Shown one piece after another: positions 40,274-57,652 of a stretch of DNA of 64,000 bases. The stretch covers positions 108,500,001-108,564,000 of the forward strand of contig OX597814.1 in assembly GCA_951406725.2 (NCBI GenBank), in the 5' to 3' direction. Under the pieces are notes generated by a model. That model was not told the origin of the DNA. It did not search any database and saw only the letters and a program-made list of their open reading frames with translations. Position 1 is the stretch's first letter. The number at the start of each line of letters is the position of its first letter. The position numbers were made by a program, and so were the translations under genes. This DNA is from Octopus vulgaris. Its lineage: Eukaryota.

Positions 40274-40539
40274 TTACCACCAAGGTGTACACATCATACT
40301 TCAGTGCCAGGAAGTACTTCAACCTTTCAGAACTACCAAATCTCTACAAAGCTCTAAACTGTGACGCTCACAATGGAGTAATGCCACCGCTTCGGTATAG
40401 GATTGTTACTATATCTCACCATGTCCTACACCACATTCCCACCCACCAAAAAAAAAAAAGGGGGCCACCAATACCTTCCAAAATTAAGATCACTGATATA
40501 TTGTCACTTCCTTGTAACTTTTCTATCATTATCATTATT

Positions 40540-40754
40540 TTTTATCTTTTACTTGCTTTAGTCATTGGACTGCGACCATGCTGGAGCAACGCCTTGAAGA
40601 ATTTTTAGTCGAACGAATCGACCCCACCACTCAGTTTTATTTTAAGCCTGGTACTTATTTTATTGGATACTTTTGCCGAACCGCTAAGTTACGGAGACGT
40701 AAACACATCAACACCGGTTGTCAAGCTGTGGTGGTACACATACACACACACACA

Positions 40755-40821
<67 letters not shown>

Positions 40822-40945
40822 AACACACACAGAGTTTCCCTCTACCAAATCCTCTCACAAGGTTTTGGTCAGCCCGAGGCTATAGTAGAAGACACTTACG
40901 AACCCAGAACCATGTGCTTGGGAAGCAACCAGAATGCCACGCCTG
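40540..40945 (-). mobile_element. SINE family B
   Basis: Tail, (CA)n, partial head. Confidence 0.8.
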
Positions 40946-41400
40946 GGCATTCTGATTAGGTCTTTGCTTTCGGAATAACTCCCTCACTTCCTGTACATGT
41001 GTCAGAAGCCTTAAAAGGGGTCATAGGAGTTACCCTTCCTTCTCTGACTAAACCTTTAAACACATAGATAGGCACACACAGACACGTGCGCGCGCACGCA
41101 CACAGACATACACAGACACACAGACACACAGACACACATACACACATACACACACAAGTATTGTGTTCCTTTAAATATCTTTAATTTCTCTAATGGTTTC
41201 TGCAAGAACTGCGAAATATTAGGAAAAGCACCGCTGCTTCGATTACTTCCCAAGTGACATAGTTCTGCTCCAGCTGGGCTCCAGTTGGACTATTAATGGT
41301 TAAACTGAACAAAACTAAACAAAACTGGAACAGTCTGGCTTATTCCTTAACAATAATGTAGCTTTCAGTATTTTTATTCAAGCAATTCAAGGGGCAGTTA

Positions 41401-41797
41401 AGGCGGCGAGCTGGCAGACACGTTAGCACGCCGGGCGAAATGCTTAGCGGTATTTCGTCTGCCGTTACGTTCTGAGTTCAAATTCCGTCGAGGTCGACTT
41501 TGCCTTTCATTCTTTCGGGATCGATAAATTAAATACCAGTTACGTACTGGGGTCGATGTAATCGACTTAATCCGTTTGTCTGTCCTTGTTTGTCCCCTCT
41601 GTGTTTAGCCCCTTGTGGGTAGTAAAGAAATAGGTATTTCGTCTGTCGCTACGTTCTGAGTTCAAATTCTGCCGAAGTCAACTTTACCTTTCATCCTTTC
41701 GGGGTAGATGAATTAAGAACTAGTTGCGTACTAGGGTCGATCTAATCGAGTGGCCCCCTCCCCCAAAATTTCGGGCCTTGTGCCAAGAGTAGAAAAG
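41401..41797 (+). mobile_element. Dimeric SINE family A
   Basis: Full monomer plus a 5'-truncated monomer with a different tail; TSD aattcaaggg. Confidence 0.88.
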
Positions 41798-42321
41798 AAT
41801 TCAAGGGTCATTTTTATTAATTTTCTTTAAAATTTTCTTATCTCCTTCAGCCATTTTCTGTGATATATTTCAGAATAAACGTTGAAGAAAAAGCGACAAC
41901 ACGGTATTTTGTTCGGTTGATTCGGCTGGAAATAAAAATGAAACAAAATAGAATGAAAATGAAAATAAATATAGAATAAAGAAAATGGTCTGGTAAAATG
42001 TTTGATTTAATCTAAAAATTGATTCAGTATAGAATTTAATTAGCTATTAATTCATTCACAGTACGCCATCAAATATATTTTTCAACACATTTATTTTGTA
42101 ATTCGTTGGTTAATAATTGCTGTGAGGTTGTACTGAATAAACTTCAACAGAGCGAAATACGTCTGGAGTTATCCAGACAATGCATAAGACACCAAGGCTC
42201 TAAATTTCACACACAGGATCTTGATCGACCCGAGGTTAAGATAGAAGAGGCTTGCTTAAGGTTAAAAAGAGTGGGATCGAACCCAAAACTACATGGTTTT
42301 GAAGATAATCTCTCAATCGTA

Positions 42322-42435
42322 AAGGCGGCGAGCTGGCAGAAAGGTTAGCACGCCGGGCGAAATGCGTAGCCGTATTTCGTCTGCCGTTACGTTCTGAGTT
42401 CAAATTCCGCCGAGGTCGATTTTGTCTTTCATCTT
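42322..42435 (+). mobile_element. SINE family A head fragment
   Basis: ggcggcgagctggcaga..gagttcaaattcc. Confidence 0.85.
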
Positions 42436-42822
42436 GTTCCACTCGATGTGTATTCAATGCAGGTCCATTTATTCACCTATTCCGGGTTAAGAAACAATTA
42501 TGGAAACTTATCTAAAATATTGGTGTGGCCATTATGAACGCAGCACGCAGCCCACCAATGCGGTTATTCACCTGTAACTATTTCATAACTCTTAAGCCCA
42601 TACTAAACCAGCCAACATAAGCATGACTGTCACGTTATTCCTTTCTATCTGTTGTAACGTATAAACTTCCAAAGCTGTGTAACAAAATGGCCGTGAAGGA
42701 CCTTTCCTTGGCATCGTTTTATCATGACATCCTGTGCTCCCATTTCTAGTTTTAGTTTTACACAATTTCTTTTGTTGTTTCTTCTTTCTCCTAAAAACTG
42801 TTACTTCAGCCTCTGTTTTGTA

Positions 42823-43386
42823 TTGGGTTGTCCGGAAAGTTCGTGCCGATTTATAGTACCTTACCTTTCGACTTATTTTATAACATGGTTGAGTCCATAA
42901 AATAGGATTTGACTACACCTCCATTTATAGCACAGTTTAAGTTGTCTTTTCGTGGAAGAAGGTTTATGTTCCTATAAGCAGTGTTAATTCTGTAACCCTT
43001 TAAAATGGAAGATAAGAAAGTTCATTTTCGGCACTTGATGCTTTGGGAACCAGACAAAAATTGCTGCAGCTCGGCTGGGATGTGTAACCCCACCCTCCAT
43101 ATTCACCAGATATTGCTCCTTCAGATTTCCACCTATTCAGGTCTCTGCAGAATAGTCTTAATGGTAAAAAATTCAATTCCTTGGATGACGTAAAAGATAC
43201 CTTGATGAATTCTTTGCCATGAAACCACCTCAATTCTGGGAAGAGGGTATTTTCAAGTTAAATGAAAGACGGAGACGCATTGTGCAACAAAACGGTTCAT
43301 ATTTGGTTGATTAAAAATGTAATGGCAAGTGTTTATTGACCTTTTCTTTCCTTTAAAAATCGGTACGAACTTTCCGGACAATCCAA
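42823..43386 (+). mobile_element. Non-autonomous mariner deletion derivative (sister of 3921-4486)
   Basis: Same TIRs, TA flanks and internal deletion junction. Confidence 0.92.
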
Positions 43387-43751
43387 TATTTTTGGCTTCG
43401 TGATGATACCTTTCTTCTTCGTATTTCATGGCTAATTCTATCAATTTTCTATTATTTTTTACAGGAGATTTTTATAGTAACACAGTTGATATCTTAATGT
43501 TAGTTTCCTTATTCCTAACGCTCCAACTTGTGTGCATTCGTGGTAAATTGAATTCTTCTTTGTTAGATTGTAGGTCATATATCTTAAATGTTATCATTCT
43601 TTTCACGTTTTTTTTTTTCTATCTCGTTTTGCCAGTTCATTAACATCCATTTGAGAATATTATAACTTCAAATTATTACTGAGATAACTCGAGTGTTAGT
43701 GTCTATTACCTATCTTTTGCATTTAGCTTTGTTTCAGGTATTAATATAATG

Positions 43752-44352
43752 CAGAGGTTCACAAACATTTTGGGCCACTGCCCCCTCATGACCACATAAT
43801 ATCCACAGCACCCCCATCCCTGTTTCTATGTATAAATAAATATTCTATATTTTACTAATTTATATATACTATGAATCATTTGATATTTAATATAATATTA
43901 TATAATTTGTATACAATACTTTTATAGTGGAGGCACATAGCCTAGTAGTCAGAGCAGGTTCGAATCTCAGACCGGACGATATGTGTGTTTATGAGCGAAA
44001 ACACCTAAGCTCCACGCGGCTCCAGCAGAAAGTAATGGCGAACTTCTGACTCTTTTGCCACAACTTTCTCTCACTCTTTCCTCCAGCACCTTGCAGCTCA
44101 CCTGCGACGGACCGTCGTCCCGTCCAGGTGGGGAACCTATATGCCAAAGAATCCGGGAAACCGGCCCTTATGAACCAGGCATGGCTCGAGAAGGAACAAA
44201 CAAACTATAATAAATTTATAGCGTCCCCCAATCCACTGCCTTCCTCCCAACGCCTCCTTTTTCTCTACCCCCTCTGCCCCTTAGGCATCAGCGCTCAACT
44301 GGACTGTCTCAACACCCACAGAGGGCGGTAGCGCCCATTTTGAGAACCTATG
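43752..44352. mobile_element. hAT-like MITE containing a tRNA-derived V-SINE-like element (43928-44205, +)
   Basis: cagaggttcacaaa / tttgagaacctatg termini; nested tagcctagtag..ggttcgaatc..cctgcgacggaccgtcgtcccgtccagg; no clear TSD. Confidence 0.55.
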
Positions 44353-45121
44353 AAATGCATCTATAGTAGTCCTCTCTCTTTAACTTTAATCATTCTGTTC
44401 AACTGTTGTGTTGAATTTCATTGCCTTATATCACGTCATGATTTCAGATTTATGACGAGAAAAATCGGGTAGAAACTATTCTGTCGAGGCTAGACCAAGG
44501 CTGACTCCTGCTTAGAATAGGGTGAGTGCCGAATGAGATTGCTTATTGTGACTGCCACTGATCAATAAGAAGAACAACGATTTTAGTATCTAAATAGTCA
44601 AACTCCAGCCCACATACTACCGGTTTCTAATTGGCTAAAATCTCCGTTTGGCTAAAATGCTTGCTTGGTTACAATAATACACGTGACAAAATAGCGAAAC
44701 CAATATGTTAATAGTTGAATGTGTAGCTACGTGTGTTCTAGTGTCGAGTGGTGATTGTAGAGGATGCCCAGCGCTGGATTAACTATTAAACAAAATAAAC
44801 GCGTGTTTAAGACATCAAGGGAGGGGCACCACAGAAATGGTAAATGGTTTACGGTATAAAAGAAATTACATTAAACTTGCTAAAATAATATTCAAAGTGG
44901 TTAATACGATCAGAAATATAATTTCGAAGTATTCATGGTGTCACAGTGAGGATCTGGTCAAAGAATTTGCAACTGAAAAAAGAAGGGGCAAACTTTTCAA
45001 ATATAAAGCGGAATTATACAAAAATAAACATTATTTTCTATCTTTCTGTTGGTTTTGCTTCATTTTGAAAATTAAAAATTTATTTTATGGTTTATTATTT
45101 TAAATTACACACACACACACA

Positions 45122-45423
<302 letters not shown>

Positions 45424-45429
<6 letters not shown>

Positions 45430-46549
45430 GGTTCGGCTGGTACAGTATTTCTTGACCTACTTTGTTGAGAGTGGAGCCGGGAAGTCTACAGTACAAAATT
45501 ATAGTCCTTTGTTTACGGAAGAGTAATGGCTTTTGGAAGGACCTTTGGCCTTGTGCCGGTCGAGAAGGGGTCAGAGAGAATGTGAAAGAGGAAGACAGAT
45601 TAAGGGATCTGAGAGCTGTCGTGAGAGAGTGACAGCAGCAGCGTCGATGAAGATAGGCAGATAGGGCTGAGAGCAGATAGAGAGAGTATTGGCAGTGCTA
45701 AGACAGATTGAGGGTGGTGAGAGAGCAAGAGGTTTTGGACAGTCGGTTTTTGGAAGTCAAAGCGAGCGGTTGGAATTTTAGGAGCGAGGATTTGGGAATT
45801 CGGGGCAAGAGTTTGGCAAGTTGGAGTTAGCAGTACTGAGAGAGATGAGGTGCAATATGAGACATTGGCTAATGTAAGGTACGTGAATTGTGTATTGATA
45901 TGTGAAGAAAAAGAAGGAAAAGGAATCGATGTATCGAAATGTTGAAAAGAAATGAGACAGTAAAAAGGAATTTAATGAACAATGTGAATTGAGTAAAGGA
46001 CTTGTCGATGTGTCGATTATCGAGTTGTGGTATTTATGTTCAGAATTGTGTTGATACATGTTACAAAAGAAAGTAGAAAAAGACTTTAAAGAACTGCGAA
46101 CGTTATTTGTTTAATTGGATTTGAACATTGATTTGTAACGTGAATTATTTGTGACATGAACATTGTATACCTGTTTCTTGCATGTGTTTTCTTTAATTGC
46201 TGTTGTTATTGAACTTGATGTGTTGTTACCGGACGGTTATATTGTATCTGCATGTTGTTAAATGCTTTGATCTGTGGTATACCTGTATGATGTATTGAGT
46301 TGTTACTTGCATGTCCTCTTTTAAATGTACCTGATATGTATTTGATGTTGTAACAATTGATTGTCATATAAACTAGTTGTTAAATGTAAGCCAATTGCCT
46401 TGCCTCTTTGTGCCTCTCTCGGTTGCCTCTGTGCTGCTGTTGTTGTTGTATCTCTCCTCTCCTCACCGAGTTTCCGTGGCGAAAACATTCGCTGCATCGA
46501 ACGGGCCTGTGTGAGGGATTCCGTAACAGTTCGACGGAGGTCCCCTCGT

Positions 46550-46553
<4 letters not shown>
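45424..46553. mobile_element. Probable solo LTR inserted in (TA)n
   Basis: TGTT...AACA termini, atat flanks, 1.13 kb non-coding. Confidence 0.55.
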
Positions 46554-46627
<74 letters not shown>

Positions 46628-46904
46628 TCTTATTAAAATTATATATATATAAGGGGAGTCAACAAAAGTGCTTAGGGCCTGTATGAATCTTAATCCGGTC
46701 CTCGGCCTGCCCCATAATACCAGGCGAAAAGGATTGTAAAAGTATGTTTTTGTTATGTTATTATACTAGGAGGTGATTAAATACAGTATATGTTATAGTA
46801 TCAGTGGTAGATGAATTGTGTGCTGAGTGAGCTGTGTATTGGATGGTGATTGTATGGACCAGGAGTCAGCCAACGCTTAATAGCTATTGACCCTCTTCAT
46901 GAAA

Positions 46905-47545
46905 TCGTTGAGAACTTATAGACTCCCATCTTGTAAATTTCCACACCTCGAATACTGCTGCCCACTGTTGTCTCCTTATACAAAACGAAACATCTTGAAC
47001 ACTGAATCACTCCAGAGGGTATTCACTAAACGAATTAAGGGAATGACTGATTTCGATTACTGAGGCCGCCTTCAAGCACTGAAACTCTGTCCTCTCCAGC
47101 GCCGCCGCGAGCGATACATCATTTGCGCGGTGTGGAGAATATACCACCAGCATTGCCCAAACAACCTCAGTATTAGCTTCAAAATTCATCCAAGGCTAGG
47201 ACCACGGGTCATACGTCCCCTACGCAATTCAGGATCACAACACATAAATACACTGCAACACAATTTCTTTTCCTCAACAGGCCCTGCCCTATTTAACATT
47301 GTCCCAAAACAGATCAAAGCGGAAAAGGATCCCATCACCTTTGAACGGAATCTGGACAAATTTCTTCAAGGAATATCGGATGAGCCACCTATACGTGGAT
47401 ACAACTCACTCAGCAGGAACTCCTTACACGAATGGACCATGACACCACAAAACTTGATTTTAAAAGGATTTAGCTAATCCTATCAGGTGCTGCTATTAAG
47501 TTAGACATGGCCTGGACCAATCTTTGGTCAAAACATATCTAAGTT
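46905..47545 (+). mobile_element. CR1-like LINE 3' fragment
   Basis: [29 protein letters not shown]; matches 14297-14780. Confidence 0.82.
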
Positions 47546-47606
47546 TTATATCTTTTATCTTTCACGTTTACTGTTTCGGTCATTAGACTGCAGCCATGCC
47601 GAAAAT

Positions 47607-47824
47607 AATCTTTTCTACTCTAGGCGCAAGTCCCGAAATTTTGTGGGAGGGCACCAGTCGATTAAATCGACCCTAGTACGCAACTGGTATTTAATTTATC
47701 GAACGCGAAAGGATGAAAGGCAAAGTCTACCTCAGCGGAATTTGAGCTCAGAACGTAAAAAACAGACGAAATACCGCTAAGCATTTCGCCCGGCGTGCTA
47801 ACGATTCTGCTAGCTCGCCGCCTT
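47607..47824 (-). mobile_element. SINE family A with TSD catgccgaaaat
   Basis: Direct repeats at about 47595 and 47827. Confidence 0.88.
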
Positions 47825-47924
47825 GTCATGCCGAAAATCTTTCTTGATTTAAAAGTTTCTTCATTCTTTTGTCTTTTTAAATATATAAAAAAAATTAATG
47901 GAAATATTTAACGAAATACTCTAT

Positions 47925-49802
<1,878 letters not shown>

Positions 49803-50125
49803 ATGATAAGGAACATGAAAAATCCAGTGACATCATATTGATATAATCCAAATATTTAATATGAAATATGTGTTTGGTGAATAATAATTATAACAACGAT
49901 ATTTAGATGGAAAGAAGTAAGTTTTAGCCTCAAATTACCGCGGTTTTCAGTTTTAGTTCGCTGATAATTCAGCACCATTAATGTTCGAAATCATTTCAAG
50001 TGTTTATCAATCCCTTGGATAGCCTCACAAATACCCAACCACAAAACTGACCACTTTGCTGATTACTGGTATTGAGTGTGTGTTGTGTGAGTTGTATTGT
50101 AGTGTTAGTTGGTGATTGTTTAGAC

Positions 50126-50996
<871 letters not shown>

Positions 50997-51374
50997 GTGT
51001 AGACTATGAACTAGTGAATAGGAAAGGCCTGTAAATAGAAAAGGATGACCAGCGAGTTTTAATACGACCAACTCGTCCAAATCCTGAAATAGCTCACTGC
51101 TGAGACTGAATATATCAGAAGACGAATAGGTGGAAAAGGTAAGAAACTATGAAACGGAGGAGAGGCAATATGGCCCATATAGACCAGGGATAACTCTTGG
51201 TCTAAGTTAAATTTTCTTGCCTTTAAATAACCGTCGGCCCAGAAGTGTTTAGAGTGTAGAAAAATTGCACATTTCTTCCGGAAGTTGCCGCCGCAGTTAA
51301 ATATATGCCAGCCACTGCTGATTGGTCAAACTCTATAAGCGTTAATAACTTTTATGGCAACTTTTACCTTTTAT

Positions 51375-51790
51375 GGAATAGCCTGCTCGTGAAATTAACG
51401 TGCAAGCGGCTGAGCACTCCACGGTCATGCATATCCTTATGGAACTACCTTTTTATGGGGGGTAAGTAGGCCAATCCATCCTCATTTTTCATTATATCCT
51501 TAATTCATTCGATATGTGTTTTATGTTCCCTATTGTATTGTCTTGTCTGTTAATTAGGCCTTGTGACTAATTAAAGAAATAAGGACATACATACCCCTAA
51601 TGTAGTTCTCTGGGAAATCCGGTGTAACACAGAATGCGACAAGGCTGGTCCCTTTGAATTACAAGTACAACTCATTTTTGCCAGCTGAGTGGACTGGAGC
51701 CACGTGAAATAAAGTGTGTTGCTTTCTTTTTATGTGCCGCCAGGAATCGAACACACGGCCTGACGACCGGGAGCCGCATACCTTAACTAC
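51375..51790 (-). mobile_element. SINE family C with a nested LINE-like 3' end (about 51440-51585)
   Basis: cagctgagtggactggagc and gtgaaattaacgtgcaag blocks shared with 54955-55241. Confidence 0.7.
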
Positions 51791-52433
51791 GTCTTGATCC
51801 TACACTGGAAAAATCTGAGAACTATGGATCTAGTCTCTATCGGGTTCACGAATTACGAAAACCGTATGTCGACGTAAGGTATTTAAAAACAAAATGATGC
51901 GAAAATGACTGCTGCTTTTCTTGTGCATCAGAATCGATCGAAAAAAAACTAGGAGATGATTGATTGAAAAGAAAACAGATGGGACATGTAATAAATCAAA
52001 GGGAAAACTCGGAACAGGTTTATGAAAAAGATACCAACAATTGGGAAGATAATAACCAGGAAATAAAAGAGAATCTAGATTAACAGGGATCAAATGAAAG
52101 ATCAGGTGATTCGATATCTAAAGTGGAATATTATTTATTGTTAGTTTAGTTTGGGATTACAAGTAGAGGAAACTGTAATAAACTGTTTATTAACGTCCGT
52201 GAAATGTGGAAGATTAGAGACAGTTTATCTTAAGACAGCAGATCGCAGTAAACTTTATTAGTTAATACTTCAAGTGTGAAATTTTCTATACAAAATTATG
52301 AATAAAAATATCCTTGAAACTAGATATTTGAAAATTGTTAAGTATGTAGGTTATTGAAACATTGCGGTTTTAACAAAGAAATATTAGAAATAATAAAAAT
52401 GGCGAGGAGTTTGCAGAAAGGGTGAGGATTTAA

Positions 52434-52907
52434 CCTTTTAGCATTCAGATTATTTTGTCAAGTGTGATTCTTATTTATTCATATTGCTTTGAGGTAATCA
52501 TGCATTATCTGAAAACATCAACATTTCGATGATATTATTATTTATTTCCAGGGGAAGGCGGCGAGCTGGCAGAAACGTTAGCACGCCGAGCGAAATGCTT
52601 TGCGGTATTTCGTCCGCCACTGCGTTCTGAGTTCAAATTCCGCCGAGGTCGACTTTGCCTTTCATCCTTTTGGGGTCGATAAATTAAGTAGCAGTTACGC
52701 ACTGGGGTCGGTGTAATCGACTTAATCAGTTTGTCGGTTCTTGTTTGTTCCTGTGTTTAGCCCCTTGTGGGTAGTAAAGAAATAGATATTATTATTTATT
52801 TCCAGAATGACATTGTAAGGTAGGTGTGAGAGGCTGGATATGACCAGTTTGAACTTAAAACAAGTGGAATATTTGGTCCTGATTTGGTCAGTTTAAGTGG
52901 TAAAGGG
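52434..52907. mobile_element. piggyBac-like MITE with nested SINE A (52552-52784; perfect 21-bp TSD)
   Basis: TTAA|ccttttagca ... ggtaaaggg|TTGA; TSD gatattattatttatttccag at 52531 and 52785. Confidence 0.7.
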
Positions 52908-53504
52908 TTGAATTAACTCCGTAGAGGATTTAATTTCGTACCTTCGTGCTCGGAATTCAAAACTTCTTAAAGCTGATTAAATAAGCATTGGCATTTTACT
53001 AGCCAATTCAATCAGGTAATAATCCTCTCTCTGATTTTTGTCTAATCGAATGAAACCAACATTAGAAATAACAATCTCCATTAAGGTAACAAAAGGCGTG
53101 TAGAAATCGATATAGTGAAACACTCCAAAGTATTCTCTCGTTCGGAAGAAGGAAAAATATCCGAAACGTTAGAACTTTTTATTCTCCATTGGAAATAGAC
53201 CTACTGAAATCTTCTACAACTGAAGTTGCTGTTGTGAGAGTAAATATTTGTATTACAGAAACTGTAACAAGTGAGGTGTAACAAATGAAGTCATTTTTAG
53301 ATGTAATGGAATGAATTAACGAAATAAAGTCTATACTTTATACAGATTTCATTCAACGAATTGAAAGAAAATATAAAAGTTTGTATTGTGAAAAAAGGAG
53401 GGTTTACGTGGAAAATCTCATGTCCAGTCCTTATGTAATCAGCTTCAAAGTGTGTGAAAGTAGAAAGGTAAAAAGGGGCAAGACTTTCGAGAAAGAAGTT
53501 TGTT

Positions 53505-53921
53505 AATGTGTGTGTTCTTGCATGAGTTTGTTTATATGTATGTGTATTGTGTGCGTGTGTGTGTGTGTGTGTGCCTGCTGTATGTGTGTGTTTGCGTGTG
53601 TTGTGTGTGTGCGTTTGCGTGTATTGTGTGTGTGTATGTGCGTGTGCGTGTATGTGTGCGTGTGCGTATGTGTGCATGTGAGTGTGTCTGTTGTGTGTGT
53701 GTGTGTGTGTGTGTGTTAGTGCATGTTTCTTTGCGTATGTGCGAGTGTGTGCCTACTGTGTGTGTGTGTTTGTGTGTGTTGTGTGTGTGTGTATCTGTGC
53801 GTGTCTTTGCGTATGTGTTGTGTGTATGTGCATGTGTGTGTGTGCGTGTGTGTATGCGTGTGTGTGCGCGCGCGCGTATGTGTGTCTGTTGTGTGTGAGT
53901 GTGTGTATATGTGTGTCATTT

Positions 53922-53958
<37 letters not shown>

Positions 53959-53980
53959 TGTATGTGTGCTTGTGTCTGCG
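53505..53980. repeat. Degenerate (TG)n tract
   Basis: Directly visible. Confidence 0.9.
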
Positions 53981-54408
53981 CACAGAAAATAATTCTCGGC
54001 AAAGTTGCTTAAGGTGACAGAAGTAAATTCCAAGTAACTGAAGGAACACTCTGCCGTTTACAGGTTATCTTGACTATCTACCTGTGTAAAAACAGAACTA
54101 GGTCACTGAAATTACTATTGAATAGACTCATCTTGAGTTCAGTCCTGTTCAATCAAAGATGATGGCGAATTTAACAGGTTAAACAAATCGATTTTCAATA
54201 CACAATCAGAGAAGAAAGGAATCGAACGTGAAGACTGAGGTTTCGATCTTTTGGTTACGAATCCGTTGTACATGTCCTACAAAACAAAACAACCACAAAC
54301 AACAGAAAAGTATAAAATTAAAGTTGAAATAACGACGTTTCTAATGGAAGTAAAAGAATTGACACCGATAAATTAACGGAAGGTGCACGAGACAATTATG
54401 AAGAATCA

Positions 54409-54615
<207 letters not shown>

Positions 54616-54954
54616 TCAAATTGAAAAGACTGGAACCGATGAGATTGAAAGCAACCATTAAATGAGTACGTAGTAATTAAAATGGTCGTCTGTTTATGAA
54701 TGGAAGACTTGATATTAAATGGTAATGGATGGTTTTATATTCATGTATTGTTCACGATGCGAGACTGCTGGACAGGTGTTGGTGTAGAATGTAATATACT
54801 AATAATAATGTATTGGATAAATGGGAATTGTGAGATAAAGCGAAAATTTGTCGTCGGTAAATCAGAATGAAAAATTAGTAGCAGACGATACTGACAAATG
54901 GTGGATATTTACAGTGTTTAAGATAGTAAACTGGCAATCTGTCAGTTACGAAGA

Positions 54955-55241
54955 GAAGGGTTCCAGTTGATCCGATCGGCAGAATAGCCTGTTCGTGAAA
55001 TTAACGTGCAAGTGGCTGAGCACTCCACAGAATCGCGTGCCCTTAACGTAGTTCTTAGGGAGATTCAGCGTGGCACACAATGTGACAAAGCTGCCCTTCT
55101 TCGAATTACTGGTTCAACTCATTTTCACCAGCTGAGTGGACTGGAGCAACATAAGATAAAGGACACGACTCGCCGCCAGGAATAGGACCCACGATCTTAC
55201 GATCGCGAGGCGAATACCCCAACCACAAAGCCACGCGCCTT
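54955..55241 (-). mobile_element. SINE family C (tRNA head)
   Basis: Minus strand: ggcgcgtggctttgtggttgggg..gggtcctattcc..ccagtccactcagctg. Confidence 0.78.
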
Positions 55242-55571
55242 AAGATATTTGATAGCATAAAAATATCTCTTGGTTAAAGTCATAGCGACCTACGTAGGTA
55301 TTGAAGTGAAATCTTGCACAGGGAGAGAGGAACGAAGAAAACTCCCCCACCGATAAATGTATTTAACTATCACCGTCACTATTGCTTGTCTCTTCATTCT
55401 CTCTGTTTTTACTGTTCCTCGCTGTTTCATGCTTTATTCCAGTCGAAATCATTTTTACTCGAGTTACAGGTGGACACCGAAGACAGACGAAGATAGCTAT
55501 TGAAAAAATACCTTTCTTTATAGGTAGCATACGGTTACTATTGTAAAGAGAGGCACAGTAAACACTTTGAT

Positions 55572-56542
55572 CAGGCGTGGGGAAACTCCCGCTCGCAGGC
55601 GCAATTGCACCCGTAGGCCGATATACTCGTATGTACAAAATATAACTTTTTCAATTATGAAATTTATACAATATTCCTATTTTTTTTCTTTGTAGTTTAA
55701 GCTCAGAGCTGTGGCCATGCTGGAGCACCGTCGTTTCACAACACTGTTATTATTGAGAGCCTCCTCTAATATGTGGCACTTGGTGAAGTATGGAGTTTGA
55801 TGTAGCTACCCTCATCTGCACCTCCTGCCTTGAGGTAGGTTCATCTGGGATTCTCGACAGGAAGAGGTCCAGCTTTGATTTTAAAACGCCTACATCCACT
55901 TTGTGTAGGTTCCTCAGGCTCTTTGGGAGAATATTAAAAAGCTGTGGGCCCCTGAAACCCAGGCTGTTGCAGTAACTGGTCCTGAAGTGTGATGGCATTG
56001 CTGGGATCTTTGGCACTATGCAGTGTTGACCCGTTCTGGCATTGGTGTAGCTTTCAATGTCAAAATTTGGCACAATTCCTTCCAGAATCTTCCAGATGTT
56101 TATTACTGCATTCATCTCCCGCCTTCGCTCCAGGGAGTAGAGTCTTAGCTGTAGAGACGTCGATCGCGTTTCCACTACGACTTAAAATGCTTAGAATCGA
56201 ACAGAAATCGTCCGGTAATTGCCATTTGAATGGAAATTTTTCTTTCGCTATAAAACACATATTACTAAGTTTGTACCACCCCCTTGAGACCCAACTACAC
56301 TCTAGCTGAAAGAAATAGAATACCTCATAAGTAATATAAACGTCCTAAATTCAGTGGCGGCTTTAATGAAGATGTTATGCATTAATTTAATGTGTTAAAC
56401 TTATCTTTATTAATGCATATCGCATTATACATAGATATATACAAGATTTACACAGATATAAGAGTTAGAACTTGTGATCCGCCCGAGGACCTTTTGCTTT
56501 GGAAATTTTTGCCCGCCGCACTAAAAAGTTTCCCCACCCCTG
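55572..56542. mobile_element. hAT MITE with nested CR1-like LINE 3' fragment (55690-56160, -)
   Basis: caggcgtggggaaact / agtttccccacccctg TIRs, TSD actttgat/gccttgat; LRLYSLERRRE..IWKILEG..GPQLFNILP. Confidence 0.78.
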
Positions 56543-57477
56543 GCCTTGATGAATATGTTTACCTATTTCTTTTGGTACCAACCTATCTGAAGCTACCCTG
56601 GTCTTTGTGATACGTGTTCACTGTGTTAATTCAAATTAAAGCCTTCTACCAAACATTTTATGTTAATTTATGTTCCAAACACAATATTCTTCATTATTTT
56701 AAAAATCATTTGAAACAAAGGTAGTGTGTCTCTTCGGGAATATGTTAACAGAAGAGTTAAAGTGATCTAAATTGAAACTACTTTCTATCAAAATCTATTA
56801 ATTTATATTTCAAACAGCAGCTTAAATAAATGACGATGTTATTTCACAAAATTCTTCGATATTTTCAAAATGGTTTGAAACAAGGACAGATTATTTTAAC
56901 AGAAATGGAGAAACGAAAGTGTTTTAAAGATGTTGGGTAGATTGTATGCTTTTTTTCGTTATTGAAAAGATAGAAAGACAACTTGCAAATCGATATTTCA
57001 GAATCTTTGTTTTCTAATTTAAAGTCAATTGAAAGAACAAATGGTTGTAAATCAATTCCTGGAATATTACAGGGCTGGGATGTAATGATGTCTTGCTGGG
57101 TTTTGAACCATAGTTCTCAGAATTTCGCAACGTCTCCACGAATATGGCCCGACCAATCAGCACTAGCAAACCTGTTGTGATTGATGCGGCAAACTACAAA
57201 AGAAGTGTACCAGTTCTACCACCAAATAGCTTGATCGAAGGTTCTGGAACGTTTGGCTTATAGTTATAAAAATCAGCGAATTTAACCTCAGATTAGAACC
57301 ACTTAGCATTCCACATGAATCTATGTCTCCCTTTCACTTTTTACTTAACATTCATGGGTCGTATTCGACAAAAGGCACCAATCTTGAATTGTAATTCCAA
57401 ATAGCGCACAATGAATATACGCAGTAGATGTAACTCTTTCTACTTATTTCGTCTTCAAGAACTATGAACCATTTAAG

Positions 57478-57652
57478 GCAGCGGGCAAAATGCTTTGCAG
57501 CCTTCGTCCGTCTTTACGTTGTGAGTTCAAATTCCACCGAGGTCGACTTTGCCTTTCGTCCTTTCGGCGTCGATAAAAAAAGTGCCAGTTGAGCACTGGG
57601 GTCGATGTAATCGACTTACCCCTTCCCCCGAAATTGCTGGCCTCTGCCAAAA
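57478..57652 (+). mobile_element. SINE family A with TSD aactatgaac
   Basis: Direct repeats at 57460 and 57665. Confidence 0.82.
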
